Part shown: positions 1-12,845 of the stretch, piece by piece
Layout: the number at the start of each line of letters is the position of its first letter
Numbering within the stretch: position 1 is the stretch's first letter
From: Isurus oxyrinchus
Lineage: Eukaryota
Direction of reading: 5' to 3'
Assembly: GCA_026770705.1 (NCBI GenBank)
Contig: JANJGN010000210.1
Coordinates: forward strand, 434,001-498,000
DNA length: 64,000 nucleotides
Notes under the pieces: generated by a model
Database searches by the model: none
Seen by the model: only the letters and a program-made list of their open reading frames with translations
Told to the model about the DNA's origin: nothing
Translations under genes and position numbers: made by a program

Positions 1-801
1 TGGTGCAGGAGCTGAGAAGCTGGAGCATGTTGGTTGTCTCTTGAAAGATGAATTGCGGGTCATTGAAATCCAGGCCAGTGAAATATGCCTTACCCGTAAT
101 CTGCACGTAGAGGAAATGTCCGACGTTGGTGACCCACAGGAGGAGAAAGCTGAGGGAGATGGCGAAGAGCAGGACAATGGACCTTTTATGGTTGTCCATC
201 TCTGGATCTCTGTCACTCTCGGCTCCCTGGAGCCTCCTGCGAGCTCTGCTGGCCGCTAAGATGCGCCTTACTGTCAGTGCATTGAACAGCAGAATGAGTA
301 GGAACGGGAGGAAGGGGGTTAAGATGCGGTCAAGCCAGTCGTAGGCCTGCCAGATGGGCAATGTGTAATAGGTAGACTTGATGTTGCAGAATCAGGGCAC
401 ACTGTCCAGAATATACAAGGGCTGGTAGCTGAAGTAGAAAGAGACGTTCTTGACACAGCTCAGGGCACTGACTAGTCCTATAAACAGTGATGCAGTTTTC
501 TCAGTGCAGTATCTGGCCTTCAGGCTCTGACAGCAGATGGCCACAAAACGGTCGATGGTGAAGATGACCGTCAGCCAGACTGAGCCATCTCGTGTGGCAT
601 AGACAAGCACGATGCTAACAGCACATCCAGGGGTGGTGGAGAGGACACTCTCACGAAAGTAGATGCCACTGATCCGGTTGAATGTGACAGCGGTGATGAT
701 TACCAGGAAATGTGTCACCACTATCACCACCAGGTAATAGGTGATGCATTGGGAGAGCACGCACCGGCCACGGGATAAGATTATGATCGCCACCATGTTG
801 A
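1..801 (-). pseudogene. GPR139-like class A GPCR, main coding exon, premature stop; runs off the window edge
   Basis: Acceptor ccctcacag| at 803/802, then VNMVAIIILSRGRC...SVWLTVIFTIDRFVAICC (DRF motif)...YCTEKTA. TGA at 392-394 (VP*FC, probably Trp originally). The frame continues open: YDWLDRILTPFLPFLLILLFNALTVRRIL...DPEMDNHKRSIVLLFAISLSFLLLW...LLSSCT. Confidence 0.8.
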
Positions 802-861
802 CTGTGAGGGAGGAAAAGAGAGATATGTTACCAAGCGAACTCCATACACCAGCTGCTGGTG

Positions 862-1000
862 TCTTATATTTCAACTCTTTCTTGGACTCGAACTCAAGTT
901 CTGTCAAAGGGTCATGAGGACGCGAAACGTCAACTCTTTTCTTCTCCGCCGATGCTGCCAGACCTGCTGAGTTTTTCCAGGTAATTCTGTTTTTGTTATA
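862..1000 (+). mobile_element. Penelope-like element 3' terminal-repeat fragment
   Basis: Near-identical to ~21580-21715, the 3' end of the RT/GIY-YIG element. Confidence 0.8.
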
Positions 1001-1039
1001 GCTGAACAATTTTAGAGGGACTGCCCTGAACAATTTTAG

Positions 1040-1740
1040 AGGGACTGCCCTTGATATCAAGGCAGCATTTGCCCGAGTGTGGCAACAAGGAGCCCAAGCA
1101 AATCTGCAATCAGTGGGCATCAGGGGAAAAAGTCTCCGAAGGTTGGAGTCATACTTAGCACAAAGGAAGGTGGTTATGGCTGTTGCAGGTCAGTCATCAC
1201 AGCTCCAGGACAGTACTGCAGTGTTCCCTCAGGGTAGTGTCCTCAGCCCAACCATCTTCAGCTGCTTCATAAATTAACTTCCTTCCATCATAAGGTAAGA
1301 AGTGGGGATATTGGCTGATGATTGCACAATGTTCAGCACCATTCGCGACTCCTCAGATACTGGAGCAGTCCATGTCCAAATGCAGTAAGGCCTGGATAAT
1401 ATCCAGGCTTGGGCTGACAAGTGGCAAATAACAGGCAATGACAATCTCCAGCAAAAGAGAATCCAACCATCGTCTGCTTGATGTTCAATAGCATTACTAT
1501 CACTGAATCCCCACTATCAACATCCTAGGGGGGGGGCTACTTTTGATCAAAAAATGAGCTGAACTAGCCGTACAAATACAGTGGCATCAAGAGCAGGTCA
1601 GAGGCTAGGACTTATGCGACGAGTAACTCACCTCCGGACACCCCAAAGCCTGTACACCATCTAAAAGGCACAAGTCAGGAGTGTGATGGAACATTCTCCT
1701 CTTGCCTGGATGAGTGCAGTTCCCACAACACTCAAGAAGG
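1040..1740 (+). mobile_element. Decayed CR1/L2-clade LINE reverse-transcriptase fragment
   Basis: LDIKAAFARVWQQG...PQGSVLSPTIFSCFIN RT motifs with stops. Confidence 0.75.
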
Positions 1741-2169
1741 ATAGGTGGGATGCAGATTTCAGGTTAATATCAGATCATCCATGATCTTATTAAATGGCGC
1801 AACATGCCCGAGGAACTGAATGGCCTACTCCTGCTCCTTTTTGTATGCTCGTATCTTCGAATGGTCCAGTGCAATCATAACTGAGATAAGGTCATCAGGT
1901 CAAGGGCAGTGATCACTGAAACTGGGTAAAGTGGCCATCTCACATTTTAAAGCTGCTCTGCCATTCAGTAATATCGTGGCTGATTTCCAAACTCAACGTC
2001 ACATTCCCGCACTCTCCCCATAACCCCTGATTCTTTTAGTATCCAAAACCTATCGAATATTGTCTTGCATACACACATGAACACCCACCGCTCTCTGAGT
2101 TACAGAATGCCACAGATTCACAACAATAGTTCTACTGCAGATCCTTTTGCCTTCTCCGTGCTGTGACCC

Positions 2170-2945
2170 CGAGTCAAGTGGCAAGTAAATGCAGAAAAGT
2201 ATGACCTGATTCATCTTAGTACTAAAAGTGAAAAGAAGCAATATGAAATTAAGGATTCAGTTGCAAAGGGGATGCAGGAGTAGAGGAGCCTTTGCGTCCA
2301 TGTGCATAACTAATTGAATAGTGCAGGGCAGATTGAGAAAACGGTTACTAAATATACAGCATGCCGGGCTTTATAAATAGGGTATAAAGGATGCAAACAA
2401 GGGAATTATGATAAATCTGTGCAAAAGACGTGGCCTCAGCTGGAGTATTATATGTCGCTTTGGCCATCGCATTTTCGGGTGGAAGTGAAGGCATGAGAGC
2501 TGGTGCAGAAAAGGCTCATGGGAATGATTCCAATGAAAATTAATTTAAGTTACGTGGATGGTTGTTCTCTGTGGAGAGGGGAAGATTAAGTGGAGATTTG
2601 TTAGGGATGTGCAAAATGATGCGGGAATTGGACAACATATATAGGGAAGGATCGAGAATGAAAGGGCTCCGATACAAGGCGATTGGAAAATGATGCAACG
2701 GCGACATGATGGAAATCTTTTCCCATGGACTGAGTAATTCACATCTGAAATGCACATCCTGAGTGTATGGTGGCAGCAGGTCCAGTCGTGGATTTCAATA
2801 GGGTATCAAATAATGACCTGAAGAGCAAAGCATTGCAGAGCTAGAGAGAAAAGACGGATAGTGGGACCGGGAGAGTTACATTTGAAATGGGCTAGCACGG
2901 ACACTACAGGGTGAATGGCCTCTATCTGAATTATAATCATGCGAC
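2170..2945 (+). mobile_element. Old CR1 LINE 3' fragment
   Basis: Degenerate match to the CR1 RT tail seen at 60180-61270, ending in a gaatggcct-type 3' UTR. Confidence 0.6.
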
Positions 2946-3973
2946 GATTCAGTGATTTAATAATTCTATATATTTTCTACTTGAGCAACAAAAACATCCT
3001 TAAATAGGAAGGAGGTGAGAAAATGGAACAACTGAAGGAATGTCTTTAACAGAATAAATGGACAAGAAACACGAAATTTACTCTTTGATGGCACGTGGGC
3101 GTCGCTAGCAAGGCCAGCGTTTGTTGCCTATCTCTAATTGCCCTTGCATTGAGTGCCTTGCTGGGCCATTTGCGAGGGAGTTTAAGGGTCGACCATATTG
3201 TAGTGGCTCTGCCCAGCCATTGATTCAATGGTGAAATTGGCCAATCATGGTGCTGTGACTGATAGAAAGTGTTGGGGGTGTCGTCGATTCCAAGGGGCAA
3301 ACTTTCATCATATTTGTGAAAAGTGCATTCAACAATGTTTGTGGGTCGTAACCTCTACATAAATGCAGTCGGTTATTAAGATAGAACGGCCTTATTTTAA
3401 GAGGGATCCCTGTTGAGGTACGCATGTTCTCACCCACTGCAGCGCGGCCCGTGAACACAAAGGGACCTTTCCCAGCTGCGGTAATTGTGGGAGATGCTGA
3501 CCTCCATGGAAGGATCATGGGTGGAGTGAATCCAAACCCAAACTACCCTCAGCTGGGAACTGCCCGGTCTCTTGCGTGTTCCCTGGAGCGGAGGGAATCT
3601 CTCAGTCGATTGTATCCCGAATGCTGGAAATCACAGGAGATGGTGAAGGTTTATCAAGTCAAACGAGGAAAAACGGATTCAACAGCAAAAGGCAAAGAAA
3701 CTAATTTGCCGTTATCTGAGGTAAAAGGCAGCAATAAATTCACCTCAGATTACAAATCGGTACATTATGAATTTTTACAGGAAAAGGGAGATGAGAATGT
3801 GGAATAATTTCATAAACTATGTTTGAAGGCGAATTGGACAGGAGAAGATACCAAGAATTATAAGCAGCAAGAAGGAAATGCAGATTTAATCAGCTTAATC
3901 ACTTCATTCTGTAAAATTTTAAGAGCCACTGGAAATATATTCATGAACAATATGTGTACTCCAAATTTCCATG

Positions 3974-4355
3974 CACTGTGTATCTCCATGTCTCTGCAAT
4001 CCCACGATGTGCAGGATTTTGCACAGCTCTCTCCGTGTTCTGTATCACTGTGTGTCTGTAATCCCACCATGTTCAGGTTTTTGTACAGCTCTCTCCGTGC
4101 TCTGTATCACTGTGAAATCCCACCATGTTAAATTTTTGTACAGCGCCCTCCCGTGCTCTGTACCACTGTATGTCTGTAATCCCACCATGTTCAGGTTTTT
4201 GTACAGCTCTCTCCGTGCTCTGTATCACTGTGTGCCTCTAATCCCACCATGTTAAATTGTTGCACAGCGCCCTCCGTGCTCTGTATCACTGTGTGTCTGT
4301 GATCTCACCATGTTCAGGTTTTTGTACGGCTCTTTCCGTGCTCTGTATCACTGTG
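3974..4355 (-). repeat. Tandem array of six 23-spacer RSS (~56-62 bp unit)
   Basis: Minus-strand CACAGTG heptamers at 4349-4355, 4287-4293, 4226-4232, 4108-4114, 4046-4052, a degenerate one at 4164-4170 and an orphan at 3974-3980. Perfect ACAAAAACC nonamers at 4317-4325, 4194-4202, 4076-4084, each exactly 23 bp from its heptamer. Confidence 0.92.
4317..4355 (-). promoter_or_regulatory. 23-RSS of the supporting V-delta
   Basis: CACAGTG-atacagagcacggaaagagccgt(23)-ACAAAAACC directly after YYCALSRRR. Confidence 0.95.
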
Positions 4356-4661
4356 CTCTGCGCCGACTCAGTGCACAATAATACACAACGGAGTCGCTTA
4401 GTTGTAGTTTGGAGATATTTAACCGGCTGATTTTCTCGGCAGAATCGATAGAAGCAGAAATTCTCTCCCCGGCAGCATTTTCTTTATTCTCCTCTCCTGA
4501 AGTGTGTCTCTGAAGCAGGTATTCCGGAGCCTGTCCTGGGGACTGACGGTACCAGTGTACTGTGTACTGACAGATGCTTGAATATTCACAGCTTAAAGTA
4601 ACGGTGTCACCGGCAGCAGAGGTTTGTAAAGGTGGATTCTGGAATATCAGGAGACTGGAAC
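4356..4661 (-). CDS. TCR-delta V segment, leaderless 'supporting' V-delta of the NAR-TCR type
   Basis: Acceptor acccttcag| (phase 1); SSLLIFQNPP...TVTLSC EYSSICQY TVHWYRQSPGQAPEYLL...LQLSDSVVYYCALS. Canonical Cys/Trp/Cys plus a non-canonical CDR1 Cys, a 23-RSS, and no recognisable hydrophobic leader exon upstream. Confidence 0.9.
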
Positions 4662-6360
4662 CTGAAGGGTGAAAAATGAACATTTTGTGTTTGTTTAGCT
4701 ACTGCTGATATGGGGAATTTGTCAATCGCGCGAACAGCTTTGTGTTTTTTACCTTGATTTGAAGCCTGTTTGAACGCTGCTCATTGTTACTGAAATATGA
4801 TCAACTGGGGAATGAGGTGATATTTTCTCTTCCATAGCGAATTCCTCCGATCAGGACTTCACTATCTGAATGGGTTTTGGGAACAGATTCAATAGTAACT
4901 TTCAAACGGGCGATGTATCTGTTCTGAAGCAGAAAAATGCAGGAATATGGGGAATATGCATGAGTGGTGGGAACAATTGGATTACACTTTTAAAGGGACT
5001 GCACCTACACGATGGGCCGGATGTCATCCTTCCGCGCTGTATGGTTCTATTATGTATATTAGATTTGTTTTGATTTTCCCCGCTGAGAGACAAACCCGAG
5101 GGAACTTCTTATTAACAGTGAAACAGTCAGTTTCCAAAAACTATTTGTCTGACAGTGACCTAGATATAACGCATCACTGCGCACAGCAAAATCCAACAGA
5201 ATGCGATTGCAATTCGTCAGCACCAATCGGGTCAAACAGATAGTGAATATCGATGGTGAAATGTCAACCATTAGCTTCAGTTTCACACTTCTCAGGAGTT
5301 TCCATCTGCCTTTGGGTCTATTAGTTTATTTTTTTCGATCAATCTATGTTTCCACATTTCTCTTTAAGTTGAAATATTTACAGTTAGTTTCATTTTATTT
5401 CTACATTTACTTTGCACTGTTTATACGTCTTGCAATCGTGGGAACTTGTCCTAAACTCTCTCAGTTGTCGGTTGGGTTCAGCGTGTTCAGTTTCCGCAGT
5501 GGTTTTACTGTTACTCACTGGGAACTGCCTCTTCCGGCTCTCTGATGATTTCAATTCTTTCCGCCCATTGACTGATTCTCTCCACTTTCTCTGGGCGGAG
5601 TTTTCTCTAAATTTTTCATTGTACTCAATCTGCAGGAGAGGGATCAGCCATTTGGCACAGTGAATTATGTTGTGGGTATACTCCACAGCAGTCTCCCCAA
5701 CCCGAAACCTAATTGACCATTTCCATCCATATTTCTTTCTCCCTCCTGTATTTTCAGCCTTCCCATAAATCTATCAATAACGTCTGCTCCAACTACTCAG
5801 TGTAGCATCAAGTTCCACATTCTGACGGTTTTAGTGTACATTTTTCTTCTTAATGTCTTTGTTCTCTTAGTGACGATCTGATATTAATGTCCTACTGATC
5901 TCGGCTCATCCATCAATATACAGCTGCCACACACGCACTCCATTAAACCCGTTCATAATTTTAAAGATTTCTCTGAATTCTCATTCCGGTTCTCTGTTTT
6001 CCAGATATAAGTGAACCAGACTTTTCAATCATTCCAGAGAGATGTGCAGTTTTGCTGATTCCTTTTCTCAGACATTTAAAAAATCTTTGCGAAGAATCTT
6101 ACAAATAGAAGCAGGAATGGCCATAACAACTTACAAACCCGCTCCGATGTTCAATAATATCGTGGATGATCATCAACGTAAGCATCACATTCCCATATTC
6201 CTAGATTCTTTTAATAACCAAAAATCTATGGAACAGTCCCATTGATCCACTGAGTATACGCAGCTCTCTGAACTATAGAATGCAAGAGGTTTACAACACC
6301 CACCCGTATCTGCCATGTCAGCCGTTGAGAATGAGATCTGCTCACATTCCTCTAAACTAC

Positions 6361-7270
6361 TGTTATGAAAGTACAATGAGTTTAAAAATATTTTTCTGGC
6401 TAATTGTGCAATGTGTTAATGGGTGTAAGTATAGTTGGTTCTGCCTGTGTGATTTATTGCATTTGGAGTCAAGTGCACGGCAAGTTTGAAATTATCAAAG
6501 GAAGCTACATGTGGAAATATGCTTGAAATTCTAAGATGTAAATGTGGATGCTGGCTTAGCATTTAAGGTGTGAAGGAAAGTTGTGTTTCAAAGTGGTGTT
6601 AGACTGTTTACAATGAACCAGATAAACAAGGCTAAGGAGTCAGATTTAATTTGTTCTGAGGGGTGCTGACAATATTGGCAACATGAAAGTTTTTATGTTA
6701 TGAGGAAGATACAGTTTCAAAGAAATGTCAAACAATAGAATTTACATGTTAAAGAGAGAGAAACATACATACAGGAGAATGAAAGGCTATGTGAGGAGAG
6801 TGCCATGTAAGATCTAACAGGTGTCCGTGAAACAACCTTCATGAAGCCTCCTGCCATTTTTGCATATGCCTGCTATGTAAAAGTAGTGAAGTTGGGGAAG
6901 CCATTTGGAATTCCACTGTCAAGTGTGTGCTATGTTAACTTGCTGGTTGTATTTGAAATCGAAATCTATTTGGAGTGTTGCCTTAAAGGGGTGTATAACT
7001 GGGAGTCATGTTAATTCAGAATTTTAGGAGTTGTTATAATAGTAAATAACTTGTCTCTTATGTATGTGTTTGAAATATTTTATTTTGTTAATAAATATTA
7101 TAATTTAATTTCTCAAAAGACTCTAAAGGTCTTGCTGGTCTCATTACTTCAGAACCAGTGCATACATCTTCCCGTAATACATATAGATTGCAAAACCGTT
7201 GTGACAGAGCGACAAAGTTTCCTTTGTGGATTTGGTCTGCCTGGCACACATCACCTGCCACGTGATAACA
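6361..7270. mobile_element. Possible solo LTR or other insertion
   Basis: Bounded by TGTTA...TAACA, internal AATAAA, interrupts sequence homologous to the ~23500 region. No clear TSD. Confidence 0.35.
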
Positions 7271-7639
7271 TGACTGAGGGCTCTCTTTGGGTTACAGGAA
7301 GTTGCTCAATTGGTTCGGAGTTGGTCAATCTTAAGGCTACCAGAAGAAAATTGAATCCAGGAATTACTTTGAGGGGTTTCAAAGTGAGAAGAGTGCAAAA
7401 ATTGTTGCATCCATGGCACACATCATCTGTAACGTCATAATACGAGGCAATGCAGGCTGTCACGACTTCATCTCTTCTCATAGGATAAACCATTTAACTC
7501 AGAAAGCTGCCTGACGAAACTTTGTTCACTTCCTTCAAGGCATGTAGATGTTTTCTCAATTATGAATCTAAAACTTTACACAGCATCCAGACTGGAGTCC
7601 AGTGCAGTCCTTCCCACACACAATACTTCTCCCAATAGC

Positions 7640-8215
7640 TTTGTAATACCGAGGAGTACTGATTCATCAGCTGAGGTGGCAGTTCGTGCATAGGTGGTAA
7701 CCAGCAGGAGGTTTCCTTCCTATCATTGGGCTGATACCATGAGACATCCTGCCATGGGAGTCAATGTTGAGGGCTCCAAGGGCAACTCCCTGCTGACTGC
7801 ATATAACCTCGCCACCATTTCTAGGACTATCATGCTGGTGGCCCAGGACATACACAGAGATAGTGATGGTGCTAGATAAGACACTGCCTCTAAGTTATGA
7901 TTCCGTGAGTTTGACTCTGCCAGGTTGTTGCTTGACAAATATTTGGGAAAGCTCTCCCAGTTTTAGCACATACCTCCAGATGTTAGTAAGGAGGACACTG
8001 CAGGATGGACAGGCCTAGGTTTGCCATTGTCATTTGCGAAGCCTAGGTCGATTGCAAGTGGTGTGGTCCATGGATTATTCTTTTTTTTAGACTTAGCAGC
8101 CATTTGATTCAAATAAGTGGCTTGCTCTGTCATCATTTTACAAAGCACTGAAGAGTAAACTACAATTCTTTGTGTCTGAAGTTTTATGTAGGTTAGACCA
8201 GGTAAGAACAGCAAA
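7640..8215 (-). mobile_element. Old LINE fragment carried in each duplicated block (paralogs ~13690-14270, ~16870-17610)
   Basis: Shared motifs ctgattcatcagctg, aatgttgaggactcccagg and gacatacacagggatagtga recur in all three blocks. Confidence 0.6.
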
Positions 8216-8480
8216 TTTCCTTCGATTAAGTAGACTAGGGCGCTGGGCGGCTCGCAACAATCGGCAACAGTTTCATGATCACTATACTACCAACAGCTTT
8301 TAACTCCTGGTGCTTGAATGCCACCAGCTGCTGCAGTGGGGTTTGAACCAGTATTAACACACAGAGGATTGACAGGGCATATGGGTTACTAGTCTAATGA
8401 CATTACCACGAGGCCACCCTTCCCCATGGCGATTATTTGCCTGGATTCTTTACAACATGTCACGGTTTGGAGTCACTTAC

Positions 8481-8825
8481 CAGCTGTGACAGTCACCTCT
8501 GTCCCGGATCCGTCTGCATAACCATCTTTCCAAACGGAACCACATCCATATTTGTACTGAGCTTTACAGTAATAGGTGGCCGTGTCTTCAACGCTCAGAT
8601 CCCGAATTTCCAGCGAAAAATTATTTACTGCTTTATTTATCGACACAACAAATCTCCCTTCGCTGGGGATCCGCTTCCACTCAGTGCCTGTCTGGGTTTT
8701 TCTGAAGAAATGTCCATCCTGTAAACGATGAGAATTACCATGGAATACACAGGTAATGATGAGGGACTGACACTCCTTTCTGGTCACCGCTACCGGGGTC
8801 TGTGTCACTGACTGACTGAAAGAGC
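8481..8825 (-). CDS. Germline-joined NAR-TCR-like V(D)J exon A (345 bp, phase 1-1)
   Basis: Acceptor ctgtttaatttccag|; SFSQSVTQTPVAVTRKECQSLIITC...TATYYCKAQYKYGCGSVWKDGYADGSGTEVTVTA G|gtaagt. No RSS and no stops. Confidence 0.93.
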
Positions 8826-8973
8826 CTGGAAATTAAACAGAGAGAGTTTAATGGGCCATCAGATCCGAAGTACAAAACGCGGCGCAAACGCCAGACAGTG
8901 TCTGTAATTGAGAAGGACTCCGGCAGCTTTAGGTAAAATGCACACAACGTCGATTAGTTAGATTGGTTGCCAC

Positions 8974-9007
8974 GGAGTATACAGGGCAAAACAAGCTAAA
9001 TTCCCAT
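8974..9007 (-). pseudogene. Dead leader exon of joined exon A
   Basis: ATG GGA ATT TAG: in-frame stop at 8996-8998. Internal deletion relative to leader 26004-26046 and a weakened donor (gtggca). Confidence 0.8.
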
Positions 9008-9061
9008 TCTTCTGCTTCCCGGAGCTGATAGTTTGTACAACGGGGAGCAGGAGATTGCGGC

Positions 9062-9562
9062 AATAAAAGCAGAAAGTACTGGAAAAACTCAGCAAGTCTG
9101 GCAGCCTCTGTGGAGAGAGCAACAGCGTTAACGTTTCCAGTCGCTGTGGAGTGGTGTTGTTTTCAGACTAGTAGCCCAGGGACGCAGGCCAATATTCTGG
9201 GGTCCCGGGTTCGAGTTTAGCCAAGGCAGATGGTGGAATTTGAATTGAATCAACATCCGGAATCAAAAGTCTAATGATGACCATAAAACCATTGTCGATT
9301 GTTGTAAAAACCCATCAGGTTAACTTATGCCTTTTAAGGAAGGAAATCTGCCAATCTTATCGGGTCTGCCCTACATATGACTCCAGACGCACAGCAATGT
9401 GGTTGTCTCTGAAATGCCCGGATAGGCAATAAATGCTGGCCTTGGCAGTAGCGCCCACATCCAAAGATTAAAATAAAAGATGTTGCCAGAACTGCTGAGG
9501 ATTTTCCAGCATTTTCTGTTTTTATTTCCGGTTTCTAGCATCCGCAGTATTTTGTTTTTATG
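9062..9562. mobile_element. SINE-like element nested in Penelope-terminus-derived inverted fragments, inserted into the former promoter of exon A
   Basis: ggttcgag B-box-like motif at ~9209 and a repeat body to ~9480. Flanks 9062-9145 and 9490-9560 resemble PLE termini in opposite orientations. The promoter motif ggagcaggagactgcag of the paralogs is split by the insert. Confidence 0.65.
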
Positions 9563-10875
9563 TAGGAGACTGCAGCTCTGAACTGCTCATGGAGACTGCA
9601 ACTCAGAGCTGGACTGAAATATTTTAGACTGTACAGTTCATTTGCCGTGGACTGTGTCCCTCGGATGATTGATGAGCCGCCCCATTTCCATCTCTCCGCT
9701 TGTGTATTGCCTGAATGAGTGACAGGTTTAAAAACGGAACCAGCGGTTTCATGTTGCTTCTTTGGGTCTGGAAGCCTGATGTGAAGTCCCCTCTCCCATT
9801 TGTCTGATGTACAGTTGCTGGCAGGATGGGACGAGGGAAGTGGAATGGTTTTCCTTAGGAAAGTCTGCCTTCCTCTTTCTCCCATAATAATGAAATTGCA
9901 GGTGCGTCCATGTGCTTTTAATAAGAGGTAATGTTTGAGGGTGGGATGTGGGAGAATCTCTCTGTCTCCAATATTGTCCTAACTGTAGTTAAAAGCAGAC
10001 AAAATCTGGAAAAACCCTGGATATCTGGCAGCATCTAGCGCGGGTGAAACAGAGTTAACGTTTCGAGTCCCCATGACTGCTTCAAAGCTGCCTCTGCCGG
10101 AAATTGTTAAACATCTCCCTGAACTGGCTGGTGAGACTTCATTTGACTGCTTGATCAAAGGGAAGAAGCCTTATACCCGCCTCAGACAAGCAACTGAGGA
10201 TCAAGTTGCAATATGAGGTAGTCCAGTGACTTCCCAATGTTCAGGCAGAAAGAATCAACTCTCCATATCATTTAAACAAAAGCTTGTTGCACTCCTTCCA
10301 TTATGATTTGCATTTGAACTGATCTATCCAGTAAACTATGGTTGATTTCCAGGTCCGGATTACTTACAGCTTCCAGTTGCAATTAAATAACACGAAGAAA
10401 CACTTAGAAGGGCAGTAGAAATGCAGAAACACGGTTTTTTTAATTTTATTTAAAGATCACAGTCACTGCCTTATGAAAGCTTTCATGTGGATTAGTTGTC
10501 CCTGATCCAACAACACTGTTAAAATATAGCTCGTGAACAGTACCGGAGCAAAATCTGGAACTCCCTCCCTAACAGCACTGTGGGTGTACCTACACCACAT
10601 AGAATGCAGCGGTTCTGGAAGGCAGCTCACCTTCTCAAGGGAAACTAGGGATGGGCAATAAATGCTGGCCCAGCCAGTGAAGCCCACATCCAGTCAATGA
10701 GAAAAAAAAAACTATCTGCTCCAACATTTCCCTGTGGCAACAAGTTTCAAATCCTGGCGTGTCTTTGTTTAAATTTACCTTTCTTAATGCCTTTATTTTT
10801 TTGTTAGTGAGGATCATACATTGACGGCCCATTCCTCTGGACTCGCCCACAAATAAATTTGTGCTCCACATCCAC

Positions 10876-12845
10876 CCATAAGACCATAAGACATAGGAGC
10901 AGAAATTAGGCCATTCGGCCCAATGAATCTGCTCCGCCATTCAATCATGGCTGATAAGTTTCTCAACCCCATTCTCCCGCCTTCTCCGCGTAACATATGA
11001 CCTCTTACCATCAAGAACCTATCTATCTCGGTCTTAAATACACTCAATGACTTGCCTCCACAGCCTTCTGTGGCAATGAATTCCATAGATTCACCACTCT
11101 CTGGCTAAAGAAGTTTCTCCTCATCTCTTGTTCTAAAAGGTCTTCCCTTTACTCTGACGCTCTGCCCTCGGGTCCTAGTCTCTCCTACTAATGGAAGCAT
11201 CTTCCCCCTGTCCACTCTATCCAGGCCTTTCAGTATTCTGTTAGTTTCAATCAGATCCCCACTCATCCTTCTAAACTTCATCGAGTATAGAACCAGAGTC
11301 CTCAAACGTTCCTCATATGTTAAGCCTTTCATTCCTGGGATCATTCCAGTGAAACTCTTCTGGATCCTCTCCAGGCCCAGCACATCCTTCCTGAGATACG
11401 GGGCCCAAAATTGCTCACAATATTCTAAATGTGGTCTGACCAGAGCCTTATAAAGCCTCAGCAGCACATCCCTGCTTTTATATTCTAGTCCTCTTGAAAT
11501 AAATGCCAACATTGCATTTGGCTTCCTAACTACTGACTCTGCACTTTAGCCTTAAGAGAATCCTGTACTAGGACTCCCAAGTCCTTTTGCACTCCAGATT
11601 TCTGTATTCTCTCCTCATTTAGAAAATAGTCTATGCCTCTAATCTTCCTACCAAAGTGCATGACCTTACACTTCCCCACATTGTAATCCATCTGCCACTT
11701 CTTTGCCCATTCTCCTAACCTGTGCAAATCCGTATGCAGCCTCCCCGCCTCCTTAATACTACCTGTCCCTCCACCTAACTTTGTATCATTTGCAAACTTC
11801 GCCAGAATGCCCTCAGTTCTTTCATCTAGATCATTAATGTATAAAGTGAAAAGTTGTGGTCCCAACCTGACCCCTGCGGAACTCCACTAAACTCCGGCCA
11901 TCATCCTGAGAAGGACCCCTTTAAGCCCACTCTTTGCCTCCTGCCAGACGGCCAATCTTCTTTCCATGCTAGTACCTTGCCTCTAACACCATGGGCTCTT
12001 ATCTTACTGAGCAGCCTCCTGTGCGGCACCTTGTCAAAGCCCTTCTGGAAGTCCAAGTAGATAACATCCATTGGCTCTCCTTTGTCTAACCTACTCGTTA
12101 CCTCCTCAAAGAATTCTAACAGATTTGTCAGGTATGACCTCCCCTTGATGAAACCAGGCTGACTTTGCCCTAATTTACCATGCACTTCCAAGTATTCTGA
12201 AATCTCATCCTTAATAATGGTCTCTAAAATCTTACCAACGACTGAGGTCAGGCTAATCGGCCAGTAATTTCCCGTCTTTTGCCTCAGTCCTTCTTAAACA
12301 GGGGGGTTACATTAGCGATTTTCCGGTCCTCTGGAACCCTCCCTGACTCCAGTGGTTCGTGAAAGATCACCACTAACGCCTCCACTATCTCTTCAGCTAT
12401 CTCCTTCAGAACTCTGGGGTGTAATTCATCTGCTCCAGGTTATTTGTCCACCTTCAGACCTTTCCGTTTTCCTAGCACCTTCTCCTTGGTAATGGCCACC
12501 ATACTCACCTCTGCACACCCCCCCGACTTTCTTGAACTAGGGGGATGTTACTCGTGTTTTCCACCATGAAGACTGATGCAACGTACGTATTCCGTTCCTC
12601 TGCCATGTCTTTGTTCCCCAATATTACTTCTCCAACGTCATTTTCCAGGGCCCAATGTCCATTTTTGCCACTTTCTTACCCTTTATATATCTAAAAAAAA
12701 ACCTCTTGCAATCTTGTTTTATATTACTGGCTAGTTTACCCTCATATTTAATCTTCTCCCTCCTTATTTCTTTTTCAGTTGTCCTCTGTTGGTCTTTGTA
12801 GCCTTCCCAATCCCTTGGTTTCCCACTGCTCACCCCAGTGAACAC
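10876..12845 (-). mobile_element. CR1 LINE, 5'-truncated
   Basis: ORF pieces DVIYLDFQKGFDKVPH, GPQLFTLYINDL...KFANDTKLGG, LYKALVRPHLEYCEQFWAPYLRKD; (CTTATGGT)-type tail at 10876-10895. Confidence 0.92.

Noticed and set aside
392-1120. 242-aa ORF as a complete gene
   Set aside because: Its N-terminal part (802-1120) is intron, Penelope and LINE sequence; only the part from 801 downward is GPCR exon.
3974-4355. Repeat-spacer pattern resembling a CRISPR array
   Set aside because: The 'spacers' are themselves near-identical, the units are RSS copies, and the context is eukaryotic with no cas genes.
4750-4836. Possible leader exon for the V-delta (AAG|gtaaaa donor at ~4752)
   Set aside because: ATG-initiated frames are non-hydrophobic and end in phase 2, incompatible with the phase-1 V acceptor.
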